From the NCBI GenBank assembly GCA_963796275.1, contig CAWCKY010000006.1, forward strand, positions 2,624,001-2,688,000: 64,000 nt of DNA, read 5' to 3'. A program made the position numbers and the translations under genes. This document shows, in pieces, positions 21,418 to 32,158 of this stretch. This DNA is from an uncultured Acidobacteriota bacterium (lineage in GTDB: Bacteria; Acidobacteriota; Blastocatellia; RBC074). A model generated the notes under the pieces. That model had not been told where the DNA came from and searched no databases. It saw only the letters and a program-made list of their open reading frames with translations. Within the stretch, counting starts at the first letter, position 1. Every line of letters starts with the position of its first letter.

Positions 21418-24132
21418 ATGGAATGGTTCAACATTCTCAGGGCGCGGCTGCGCGCCTTGTTTCGGCGCGAAAGCGCCTTGCAGGACATTGAAGAAGAATT
21501 GCGCATCCACGTCGAGATGGAGACGGAGACGAATATCGAGCGAGGGATGTCGCCGGACGAGGCGCGAACTGCCGCCATGAAAAGCTTCGGCAACCTGAGC
21601 CGGAACACTGAACTTGGCTATGACATTCGTGGCGGGGGATGGTTAGAGACAGTTTGGCAAGATCTGCGTTACGGCGCGCGAGTGTTGCGCAAAGCGCCCG
21701 GTTTTACCGCCCTGGCCGTGCTGGCATTGGCGCTGGGCATAAGTGTGAACACGACTCTTCTGAGCGTAGTGAACGCTCTAGTCCTTCGTTCGCTGCCGGT
21801 GGAAAGGCCGGATCAACTCGTCAGGCTGTACCGGGAAAGCAAGAAGGAAGGCGCGTTCTGGGGCAATGTTGCTTATGCAAACTATGTAGATCTGCGCGAT
21901 CAGAACGAGACTCTGTCCGGACTGTCTGCGTTCAAGAATACCTCCGCGGGAATCAGCGGCGGCGAGGGCCACAATTCGGGCGGTTATGCCCGAGCGGAAA
22001 TCGCCTCTGGCGAGCTGGTCAGCGGCAATTACTTCGATGTGCTGGGAGTTAAACCGGTGCTCGGGCGAGGCTTTTCGCCAGAAGAAGATCGCACGGAAAA
22101 CTCGCATCCGGTTGTCGTTTTGGGCCAGGCGTTTTGGCAGCGTTGCTTCAACTCCGATGCGACGATCGTCGGTAAAGCGATTTTCATCAACGGCCATCCC
22201 TTCACGGTCGTCGGCGTCGCGCCCGCGACCTTCAAAGGTCTCAATTATGGAATCCGGCATGATTTCTGGGTGCCATTGATGATGCAGTCGAAATTCAACG
22301 GGCAGACAGGCTGGTGGATGGCGAATCGCAACTGGAACAGTCTCCAATTAATGGGGCGACTCAAATCCGGCGTCACAGTGGCGCAGGCGGACACCGATTT
22401 GAAGCGGTTGGCGAACAACCTGGCGCAACTCTATCCAAAAGAGAATTCCGATATGCTGGTGCGCTGCGTATCTGAGATTGACGGGAGATATGGAGGGGCA
22501 ACCTGAATTCTCAAGCTCGGTTCGGTGCTCGCCACATCTATGGCGGGTCTGGTTTTGCTGGCGGCTTGCGCTAACGTCGCCAATCTGACGCTGGGGCGAA
22601 CCGCCGCGCGCAGTAAAGAGATAGGCATCAGGTTGGCTGTTGGCGCAAGGCGGTTTCGCATTGTACGGCAATTGCTGACAGAAGGCTTTCTGCTCGCGCT
22701 GCTCGGCGGGACTCTGGGTTGGCTGTTCGCATATTGGGGGACCGATCTGGTGAGAGCGACGTATCCGCGCCTCACCGTCACGATCGATCTCGATGTCAGC
22801 CCTGATCTATACGTCTTGAAATGGATGTTAGTCGTTACGCTCTCGACCGTATTGATTTTCGGGCTGGCGCCCGCCTTGTTGGCTTCGCGGCCTGATCTGG
22901 TCGCAGTGTTGAAGAGTGATATCGCCGGTCGATCAGGGAGCGGGCGCCGTTGGAATCTAAGCGGCCTCCTGGTCGTCGCTCAGGTGACTATCACTTGCAT
23001 CATCCTTGTCTGCGCCGGTTTGTTTCTCAGGAGCTGGAACAACGCAGTAAACGTAGAACTGGGGTTCAGTACCGAAAATATGATAATGATGATGGTTGAT
23101 CCCGGTTCGCTCGGCTATACCCATGAGACCGCCAAACGATTTCATAGCGAGTTGCTCAAGCGCATCGAGGTCCAGCCCGGCGTGCGCGCCGCCGCGCTCA
23201 CGCAGAGGGCGCCGTTAGAGGACAATTCCGATATCCGGACGGTTGTCAAAGAAGGCGAACCCGATCCGCCTCCAAACGAGGGGGATAAGATCGCCGCCAA
23301 TTTCGTCTCGCCCAAGTATTTCGAAACGATCGCGACGCCGCTGCTGTCAGGGCGCGATTTCACCGAACGCGATAACAGCGATGCGCCGTTGGTAGCGATC
23401 GTCAATCAGGAATATGCTCGTAGATTCTACGGCGGAGAAGGGAACGCTCTGGGCAAACGCATTCGCATCTTGAACCCGCAATCCTCTCTGATCGAAATTG
23501 TCGGCGTCGTCAAAAACGCTCTCTACGTTACGTTGTATGAAGCGCCGCAGCCCCACCTCTTCCTGCCGCGATTTCAACATGTCGGATCCGGAATGACACT
23601 GCTGGTCAGCGCGAACATCGCCGGCGATTTGAAAGCCGTTGCGGAAAGCGTGCGCCGTGTAATCGGGCAACTTGACTCGCGCGTGCCCGTACACGGCGTG
23701 AAGATGACCGATGAGATTTTGTCATACGACTACTGGGCGCCCCGTCTGGCAGCGGGTGCGGGAACGGCTTGCGGCCTGTTGGCGCTGCTGCTGGCGTCAA
23801 TGGGCTTGTACAGTGTGATGACTTACGCTGTCGGCCGGCGAACGCGCGAAATCGGTGTGCGCATGGCTGTCGGCGCGCAAATCCCGGATGTGCTGAAGCT
23901 GATCATCCGTCAGGGTATGAAGTTGGTCCTCATCGGCATCGTGATCGGCATGGCCGGAGCGTTCGCCGTAACCCGCGTGGTCTCGAGCTTATTATTCGGC
24001 GTGAGATCCAATGATCCCGCCACGTTTGCCGGCGTCGCAATTTTATTGGTGGCAGTCGCATTGCTGGCTTGCTGGATCCCAGCGCGGCGGGCGACAAAGA
24101 TAGATCCATTAACGGCACTGAGGCAAGAATAG
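21418..24132 (+). pseudogene. ADOP permease with a single in-frame TGA at 22504-22506
   Basis: ORFs 21418-22506 and 22525-24132 share a frame and together form one full permease. Confidence 0.88.
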
Positions 24133-24468
24133 GCGTCGTCTCACTTTGGCAAAGAAGATGGCGAACCGGGGAGCATTGCTGTGAGCCGTAACCGATGATT
24201 TGAATGGTCAAACTCCTTAATGACGCGAAGCAGTCTAAGAACATGAGATCCTGTTTTTTATATGTGTCTTTCGTCTGTTTCGCATCACTCATCTGATTTA
24301 TGACAAGCCAGCCCGGTTGAACCTGGCCCATAACCTGTGCGACTCGAAATTTGAACTCGGAGTTCCAGCACCCTAAATTGGCAATTTAGCTCAGGGATTC
24401 TCATGTTATGTTGTATTGATAGACTCCGGCCATAACCCGCCATAAAATGAGTATCCCGTGACATATCT

Positions 24469-24999
24469 TCATTTTACGAGCGACGCGAACTTCTTCTGGT
24501 ATTCAGCTGCGATTCGCGTGTGAGTTGACCAGAAGGGGCGTGGTTCCACACCATTCAGAATATCAACCAGGATAGCGAGGTGAGTATGCCAGCCGCCGGC
24601 AACCTCCATCACCATCTCTCGGCTATCAAGCCGACGGTGCGTCAAAACCAGAATTACCTGTCCGTCGTGGGGCGTCAATTCGAAGGTAACTTCAGACTCT
24701 TTACTGGACTCTTCTTTCCACCTGAAACTCTGCAGATGCGGCGGCTCGCACCTTGTGATGCGACCATAACTCATAACCCCATTTTCGTATTGTTTGTATT
24801 TGTCTGGTGTCGGTTCAATATGTGGAGAAAGATCGGCGTGGTGAAATTTCAATTCCACTCGCCCGCCGACACGCAGTTCCATTTCACCAGAAGCCAGCCA
24901 CTTTCCTCGCTTCTCGGATTCCGTAAGATATACCCAGACTCTTTCGATCGGGCCGGGCAGCAATCGTTCGAATCGGACCGTGCCGGCCTCAGTGAACAT
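24469..24999 (-). CDS. SRPBCC/AHSA1 family protein
   Basis: VRFERLLPGPIERVWVYLT..W, EPP..F.W, GGWHTHL; start uncertain. Confidence 0.85.
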   Translation of the reverse strand: MFTEAGTVRFERLLPGPIERVWVYLTESEKRGKWLASGEMELRVGGRVELKFHHADLSPHIEPTPDKYKQYENGVMSYGRITRCEPPHLQSFRWKEESSKESEVTFELTPHDGQVILVLTHRRLDSREMVMEVAGGWHTHLAILVDILNGVEPRPFWSTHTRIAAEYQKKFASLVK

Positions 25000-25097
25000 G
25001 CAAGGCGGGGCGATCTCACCCTGATCGTAAATTCCTCTCCATACGCTGCTCTCTGAGATTTTGCAGGATCGTACTATCCTTCTCCAGTATCGTATTA

Positions 25098-26151
<1,054 letters not shown>

Positions 26152-26411
26152 GCCGCGGTACTGACAATGCAGAAGTCAAGATGATGAGCAATAACATCAC
26201 AGACGCGAGCAGAGGGCTCGCATCAGCCTCGATAATGAGAGTCGTGAGTTAATTCTACTTTGGTCAAGCTATGTCGATTGCTGGCGAGGCTGGGCTTATG
26301 TAACCCTATATTCCACGTGTACGGAATGGAATTATTTCACGTGTATTGAGGAGAATCGCGAATAGAGTCTGGACTGCTCAATCACAATTTGAAGATCGTA
26401 TTTTGCCTGAG

Positions 26412-26445
26412 CGGGCTACGAGCTATGACGGGCTACGAGCTATGA
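26412..26445. repeat. 17-bp perfect tandem duplication CGGGCTACGAGCTATGA x2 just before a start codon
   Basis: read directly: 26412-26428 and 26429-26445. Confidence 0.88.
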
Positions 26446-26446
26446 G

Positions 26447-27886
26447 ATGACTGCAAGGCGACTGGTTACAGCGGCGCTTTGGCTCTCCATGTTTCTAGGG
26501 GGACCGGTCCGGATGAGTTTGCAAGCCCAGCCGACATGCCCCAATCCACCTAACTATAAGCCACTCCGGCAAGACGAAGATTACATCTACCTTCGCGACG
26601 GTGCCTGCAAACGCGATCGCTGGGACTCTCTGAAATATGTGCGACTCGGATCGAGCGGCGACAGCTTTCTGACAATCGGCGGTGAAGCGCGGGAGTGGTA
26701 TGAAGGATTCCGCAATGCCAATTGGGGCGTGGGTCCCCAGGATGACAATGGATATCTCTTACAACGGCTCTCAGCTTTTGGTGATTTTCATGTGAACAGT
26801 CGCATTCGGTTCTTTGCGCAACTCACGAGCGATATCGAAGCAGGGAGAAACGGCGGCCCGCGGCCTGTCCTTGATGAGTCCAAGCTTTGGTTCGAGCAGG
26901 CGTTCGCGGATTGGGCCTTGGTGGAAGGCGCAGAGGGGAAAGCCCCCCCGCTGATCGTGCGGCTTGGGCGGCAACAGTTCCGCTTCGGATCGGGCCGATT
27001 TGTGGACTTCAGAGAAGGGCCCAATGTTCACCGGTCATTCGATGGAATCGCTCTCAGGTGGAGAAAGGCTTCGTGGGACGTGACCGGGATCGCCACGAAG
27101 CCCGTGCGGAATGGAACCGGTTTTTTCGACGCGCCGCCCGAGCCTGGCACGACCTTCTGGGGGATATACGCCGTTCGGTCGTTGCCCAAGACCAAGGGAG
27201 GGAACGTCGACCTTTATTATCTTGGCTTGGACCGAAAGCAGGCAATATTTGACAAAGGCGTGGGCCGCGAGTTGCGCCATACGGTAGGAACGCGTTTCTG
27301 GGGCAGACGGGGGGGATGGGATTATAACAGTGAGGTGGCGCTTCAATTCGGGGCCTTCGGCGATCGCGGGCTACTCGCCTGGGGCACTGCCCACACCACG
27401 GGATACACTTTTCGATCCACGCGTTTTCAGCCTCGAATCGGAACGACGGCCTCTGTCACGAGCGGTGATAGTGGTAATCCAAAGTCGCCGTTGGGGACTT
27501 TCAGTCCGCTGTTCCCGACCAGCATCTACTATGGCCAGGGAGCGATAAATCTGAATGGGCCTACTAATCTTATCCAGTTCGGTTCGCGCGTGGGATTGCA
27601 GGTAACGAAATCGGTCGGGGTCATTCTTGATAACGATGTCTTCTGGCGGACAAGCCTGCGCGACGGCGTCTATGGATTGGCCAGTAACTTATTAGTCTCC
27701 GGGCAAGGGAACCTCGAACGCTACGTGGGCACTCAGCCATCGGTGGGCGTCTACTGGCAGATCAATCGTCACCTTTCAGTGTCTGCCGCATATAACCATT
27801 TCTTCGCTGGTCCATTCCTGGTTGAAGCGACGCCGCCGAGGCGATCAGTAGACTATGCGGCGGCATGGGTGACTTATAAATTCTAG
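26447..27886 (+). CDS. alginate export family outer-membrane beta-barrel
   Basis: signal peptide; LRQDEDY, GGEARE, RLGRQ, REGPNV..SFDG, GTFSPLFP, C-terminal YKF. Confidence 0.8.
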   Translation: MTARRLVTAALWLSMFLGGPVRMSLQAQPTCPNPPNYKPLRQDEDYIYLRDGACKRDRWDSLKYVRLGSSGDSFLTIGGEAREWYEGFRNANWGVGPQDDNGYLLQRLSAFGDFHVNSRIRFFAQLTSDIEAGRNGGPRPVLDESKLWFEQAFADWALVEGAEGKAPPLIVRLGRQQFRFGSGRFVDFREGPNVHRSFDGIALRWRKASWDVTGIATKPVRNGTGFFDAPPEPGTTFWGIYAVRSLPKTKGGNVDLYYLGLDRKQAIFDKGVGRELRHTVGTRFWGRRGGWDYNSEVALQFGAFGDRGLLAWGTAHTTGYTFRSTRFQPRIGTTASVTSGDSGNPKSPLGTFSPLFPTSIYYGQGAINLNGPTNLIQFGSRVGLQVTKSVGVILDNDVFWRTSLRDGVYGLASNLLVSGQGNLERYVGTQPSVGVYWQINRHLSVSAAYNHFFAGPFLVEATPPRRSVDYAAAWVTYKF

Positions 27887-28158
27887 TGGGAGGCAAGTCG
27901 AACGGATCGCAGCCACTTTAACAATACAATTCATAGCGCTGCGATTCGAGTGAGGCGCCAAATATATGACAACTCTCACAACTGTGGCGCAGACTGAGTT
28001 TCTGCTTGCGGCGAGATCGCTTCGAGAGTTCGATGAGAATTTATTCGCAACCAAAAGGTTGAAGTCCGATCAATATATCGTTTGATCGACTCGGGCAAAC
28101 AGCTCGAATCGGTTGATGCGATCGAACAGCGGGATGTCAGCACACTCATCAGAGGCGT

Positions 28159-30264
28159 TCATCTGTTTTCTTTCAACTCCCATCTCTCACCGAAAAACCC
28201 AGCGACTGCGATACGGCCCGGCGCGCGCGTGGAAGCGGGCGTGCTCAGATCAATCACCGCCCAATCTGGCAGTTTCGGCGTCTGGCGCGCGTTACTCGAA
28301 TGATGCGACTCGCGGAAGGTGAACCCGCTATTGATCACGACGTAACGTTTGGGGTTGAGCGGGTTCGGATAGATCAGGATCGGCGCGTGTTGATCCGCCG
28401 CAAAGATTTGACCACCGACCTTCACGCTTTGCGCGTCCCAACCGATCGGCAAAAGATCAATGACCTTCGCGAGTATCTTGTTGCTAGCCGGATCGCCCCA
28501 CAAAATCAGATTGCTTCGCGCGATGTCCTCACTGGTTATCTCCGTGGCGTCTTTCACTCTCGGCTCGCCGCGAAATATGGCTCGCCATTGTTCGACAGCG
28601 CGCGCTTGTTCGGACGCGACCCATGCGCCGATCTTCTCGTTCATCGCCTTGCCAGTTGGGCGAACCATAACAAAGCTGCTCATAAACGCGTCGTCAATCG
28701 GACCCTGCAGGCCGTGGCGTTTAACTAATGCGCCGTCGTCAACTGTTTTAACTAACGACCAGCGGTTGCCATTCCTTCGGAAATGCGCCGTCCACGAACG
28801 GTCGGACGAAACCGGCGTAGCTTCGACTCTCTGGTCGTCGAGGATGACCACAGGTTTGCGCGAATTGTCGAGCGGGGACATTCCAGAAGGCATATCCAGC
28901 GTCAACGCCGTTACATTCCGCGTTTTGACGCGCACGGTCGAAGAATCGGAAATTTCTGCATCAACACGGACGCGCTCCCAGTGCTCGCCGAGCGCGTCAA
29001 TCGTCACCCAGAACATCTTGTTATACCGCAACGTCCAGGTCGTGAGCTTCAGCTTGCGTGGCAGCGGGTCGCGTCCGCGGCCGACGATACTGTCAATCCG
29101 CCGGTCGATCTCCTTGATCGAGTCGGGATGGTATTTGTGTTCGGTCTTCGGCCCGATGATGTGGGTGAGTTCGATGCCCTCGAGCTTCAGTTCGCGAGCC
29201 ATGGCTTCCGCAGCCTGTTTCTGACGGTCTAGCTCGCCGCTGTAAGCGACGGTAGGCAGGTTGAAGAGATTGGCAGCGTAATCGGTGGCGTTGTACAAAT
29301 GCCAGAGCTTTTGTTCGTACCACGGCGCGTCGTGTCGCTTGAGCTTAAGGTATTCAGGTGTTTCGGCGAAGCCTGCGCCAGGCGCTGCGGCCGCCCACAT
29401 CCCGGCGTGATGCGCGGCGATGTGCCAGGTGGCCGCGCCGCCCATCGAAAATCCGCGAATGCTGACGCGGTTTTCATCAATCGGATAATGGCGGCGGACG
29501 TGATCGAGAGCTTCGAATAGATCTGCCTCACCGGCGAATTTGTTTGCGTTGCAGTATCGGCCGTATGGATGCAGCACGAACGCGTTCGGCGGAGCGAATT
29601 GTCCGGGGTTCTTCTTCCGGTCGTTGATGAAGTTGACTTCGCTCAGGGTCTCGTGACGACCGTGGAACCAGACGTCCAAACGATATCGAAAGGGCATGCT
29701 CCCTTGATATGTCGCGGGAACCACTACCCCGTACGGTTGAACCGAGCCGTCAATGTCAGAAACGTAACCGCGAACCACGAGGCCGGTCTGCGTCGTCCAC
29801 GGCGCCTTTCCTTCGCGCAACGCGCGCGCTCGTTCAAGACCTTGCTTGATCTGTGATTTGGCAACCGTTACATCTTCCGGCTTGAAGAATTCGTTGTAAG
29901 AGAGAGCGTAACGGACTGCGTTGTGGAAGATTTGAACGTCAGGCGCCAGATCGAGCAATGCAGGCTTGCTTTTCAATTCAACACGCACCTCTTCGATCTC
30001 TTTACCGAGTTGGGCGACGCCAGCTTCGAGTTCGGCGCGATCGGCGCCAGAGACTTCGATACCTTTTGGCGGAATAGTACGAACATCCGCATTGATATGC
30101 TGCGCTCTTATTGGCGATAAGTCTGTAAATGCGAAGAGCAGCAAGAAATCGGGGAAACGGAATAGCATTTGTGCGAGAAACACAAAACAAATGAAAAATA
30201 ACGAAATTGACGAAAATTTTTCGTTTGTTTGGGTATTTTTCATTTGTTTCGTGTTTCTCTCCAT
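28159..30264 (-). CDS. secreted alpha/beta hydrolase (prolyl oligopeptidase-like/esterase); start 30264 or 30168
   Basis: DGSVQPY, WFHG, GFSMGG nucleophile, EHKYH; C-terminal NLILWG..YPNPLNP.RYVVIN domain. Confidence 0.78.
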   Translation of the reverse strand: MERNTKQMKNTQTNEKFSSISLFFICFVFLAQMLFRFPDFLLLFAFTDLSPIRAQHINADVRTIPPKGIEVSGADRAELEAGVAQLGKEIEEVRVELKSKPALLDLAPDVQIFHNAVRYALSYNEFFKPEDVTVAKSQIKQGLERARALREGKAPWTTQTGLVVRGYVSDIDGSVQPYGVVVPATYQGSMPFRYRLDVWFHGRHETLSEVNFINDRKKNPGQFAPPNAFVLHPYGRYCNANKFAGEADLFEALDHVRRHYPIDENRVSIRGFSMGGAATWHIAAHHAGMWAAAAPGAGFAETPEYLKLKRHDAPWYEQKLWHLYNATDYAANLFNLPTVAYSGELDRQKQAAEAMARELKLEGIELTHIIGPKTEHKYHPDSIKEIDRRIDSIVGRGRDPLPRKLKLTTWTLRYNKMFWVTIDALGEHWERVRVDAEISDSSTVRVKTRNVTALTLDMPSGMSPLDNSRKPVVILDDQRVEATPVSSDRSWTAHFRRNGNRWSLVKTVDDGALVKRHGLQGPIDDAFMSSFVMVRPTGKAMNEKIGAWVASEQARAVEQWRAIFRGEPRVKDATEITSEDIARSNLILWGDPASNKILAKVIDLLPIGWDAQSVKVGGQIFAADQHAPILIYPNPLNPKRYVVINSGFTFRESHHSSNARQTPKLPDWAVIDLSTPASTRAPGRIAVAGFFGERWELKENR
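30175..30259. repeat. long imperfect inverted repeat (about 42-bp arms)
   Basis: GAGAAACACAAAACAAATGAAAAATAACGAAATTGACGAAAA versus reverse complement of the right arm GAGAAACACGAAACAAATGAAAAATACCCAAACAAACGAAAA. Confidence 0.85.
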
Positions 30265-30528
30265 TCCACAACCTGGATAAGATAACCGATCTATTCACTG
30301 AAATAAAAGAAAGAGAATAATGCGCTTGGTTATTTAGGCCGAGATGCGAAAGTTGTACAAAGAGAGGGGAGCAAAAAACATAGAGCAACAATATAAAAGT
30401 CGGTATTTTCTCTGCTATCTGTATAGTTGTGAAAGAAGCGATAAAACCAGATAAAAGAGCGTAATTATTTGCTTTTTATTTTGCCGGTTCTTTCTCTATA
30501 TGACCCAATCTTCCATGCTTAAATCAGG

Positions 30529-30544
30529 GGCAATGTGTGTGCCA
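30529..30544 (-). promoter_or_regulatory. sigma54-type -24/-12 motif TGGCACACACATTGCC
   Basis: matches TGGCAC-N5-TTGC in AT-rich intergenic DNA. Confidence 0.55.
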
Positions 30545-31009
30545 AAGCAAATGAGGTAAGAAATTTGCAGTAGTGCTGACTACTTGTCTCTCCTATTATC
30601 TTGTCTTTTATATCTACTCGGCGCGCTGGGTGTAATACATAACCGTTCTGAATGGGAACAGCGCAAAAACATTGAGCTTTTTTCGTGTGTCTCCGCAGTC
30701 CCAACTGACAAAAGAAATTATCTAGCAAAACCCCTCATTAGCCCGGAACAATAATTGCTTATTGTGAACCTATAAAAAGAAAACAAAATTTTCGTCGGGG
30801 TCAGGCCACTTCGCGCTGATCTTTCTGGTTCGGCGATCAATTCCAAGAAAAGAGGGAACTCATGGCAAACCGACCTAAGAAGTGTGAGAGCTTGTTGCAA
30901 GCAGGTTATGGATTAATCAAAGGTTACCTCTTGAAATAGGTAACTTGAATGTGATTTGGCGAGTTGAATGTTAACAATTTTCACCACATTGGATAAGGAG
31001 GAGACAGAA

Positions 31010-31624
31010 ATGAATCAACAATTTAAGGAACTTTTACTTCAGTCACTGGAAACTGAGATGGGGGGAGTACAAGTCTACCAGACTGCGCTGAAATGCGTAG
31101 TCAATAAAGACCTTAAAAAGGAATGGAAAGAGTATCTCGACCAAACCAAACGTCACGTTGAGATTATGCACGAATTATTCGAAAAATTCGGTCTCGATCC
31201 GGAACAAGTAACACCTGGACGTAAAGTGGTCCGCCATATTGGTGCATCTCTGGTGACTGCGATCGAAATGGCGATAAAAAGCGGTAAACCCGAAGCGGCA
31301 GAACTGGTAGCCTGCGAGTGCGTTGTCCTGGCAGAAACCAAAGATCATGCAAATTGGGAACTCATTTCTCAATGCGCTGAAAAATCCAAGGGGGAAGAAG
31401 GAAAAGTTCTTAAAGAAGCCTGTGCAGAAGTCGAAGAACAAGAAGATGAACATCTTTACCACAGTAAAGGCTGGAGCCGAGAATTGTGGATAGCTTCACT
31501 CGGAATGCGGGCGGTGTTGCCCCCTCCGGAAGAAAAGAAAGATGTAAAAACGGCGATCGGAGCAGCACGGGCACAACACTCGCGGAAAGAGATGCTAAAA
31601 AAAGGAAAGTCATCGGGAATTTGA
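31010..31624 (+). CDS. ferritin-like (DUF892/YciF-like) stress protein
   Basis: LETEMGG..Y, QTKRH, ETKDHANW, EEQEDEH di-iron-type pattern; AAGGAGGAG RBS. Confidence 0.75.
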   Translation: MNQQFKELLLQSLETEMGGVQVYQTALKCVVNKDLKKEWKEYLDQTKRHVEIMHELFEKFGLDPEQVTPGRKVVRHIGASLVTAIEMAIKSGKPEAAELVACECVVLAETKDHANWELISQCAEKSKGEEGKVLKEACAEVEEQEDEHLYHSKGWSRELWIASLGMRAVLPPPEEKKDVKTAIGAARAQHSRKEMLKKGKSSGI

Positions 31625-32158
31625 GTTTATCACTGGAAGATCAATTGACACTCTCGGCACTAAACGCCCTTAGGTACACATAGCCCGTGCGTTCATAGGC
31701 AAGAAATCGCCTATGATTTTTTGGGCTAGTTGGAAAATTGATATCATATTCCTGCTGTTCAGTTAGCTCAGTTTTTTCTACCCGTTTAATTACCACTGGT
31801 TCGTAGATTGCAATATTGAAATTCACACCAGTTTATTCCGGTTATTCCGATTAAATGACCGGAAGTGCATGTATTGCCTGGATATGGATATGTGTATTAG
31901 CGATACACATAACATGTCATTGTAACCAGTGTGTAAGCCCACAAGAGCATTGGGCTATTGAAGATCACCGGGACGGGATTGAGCTGAGAAGCAAGAGATC
32001 GCTGAGGGTCCCGCGACAAGGCGGCTCCTTTAAAATATCGCCAGCCTTAAAGACACGCTACGGCCCAAGGCGCTTCGCGATGCCGAGGCGATTCTTCCAC
32101 CTTCCCGGTCTTGTTGATCCATTTTTAAAAATTACTTGTCAAGTAAAGGAAAATTGAA

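Noticed and set aside
21268-22506. Selenocysteine/pyrrolysine recoding or alternative genetic code
   Set aside because: The TAG replaces a conserved Trp, no evident SECIS follows the TGA, and TAG/TGA end many normal genes in the window
31855-32157. 100-aa ORF before katE
   Set aside because: No RBS or family motif; treated as intergenic or decayed sequence
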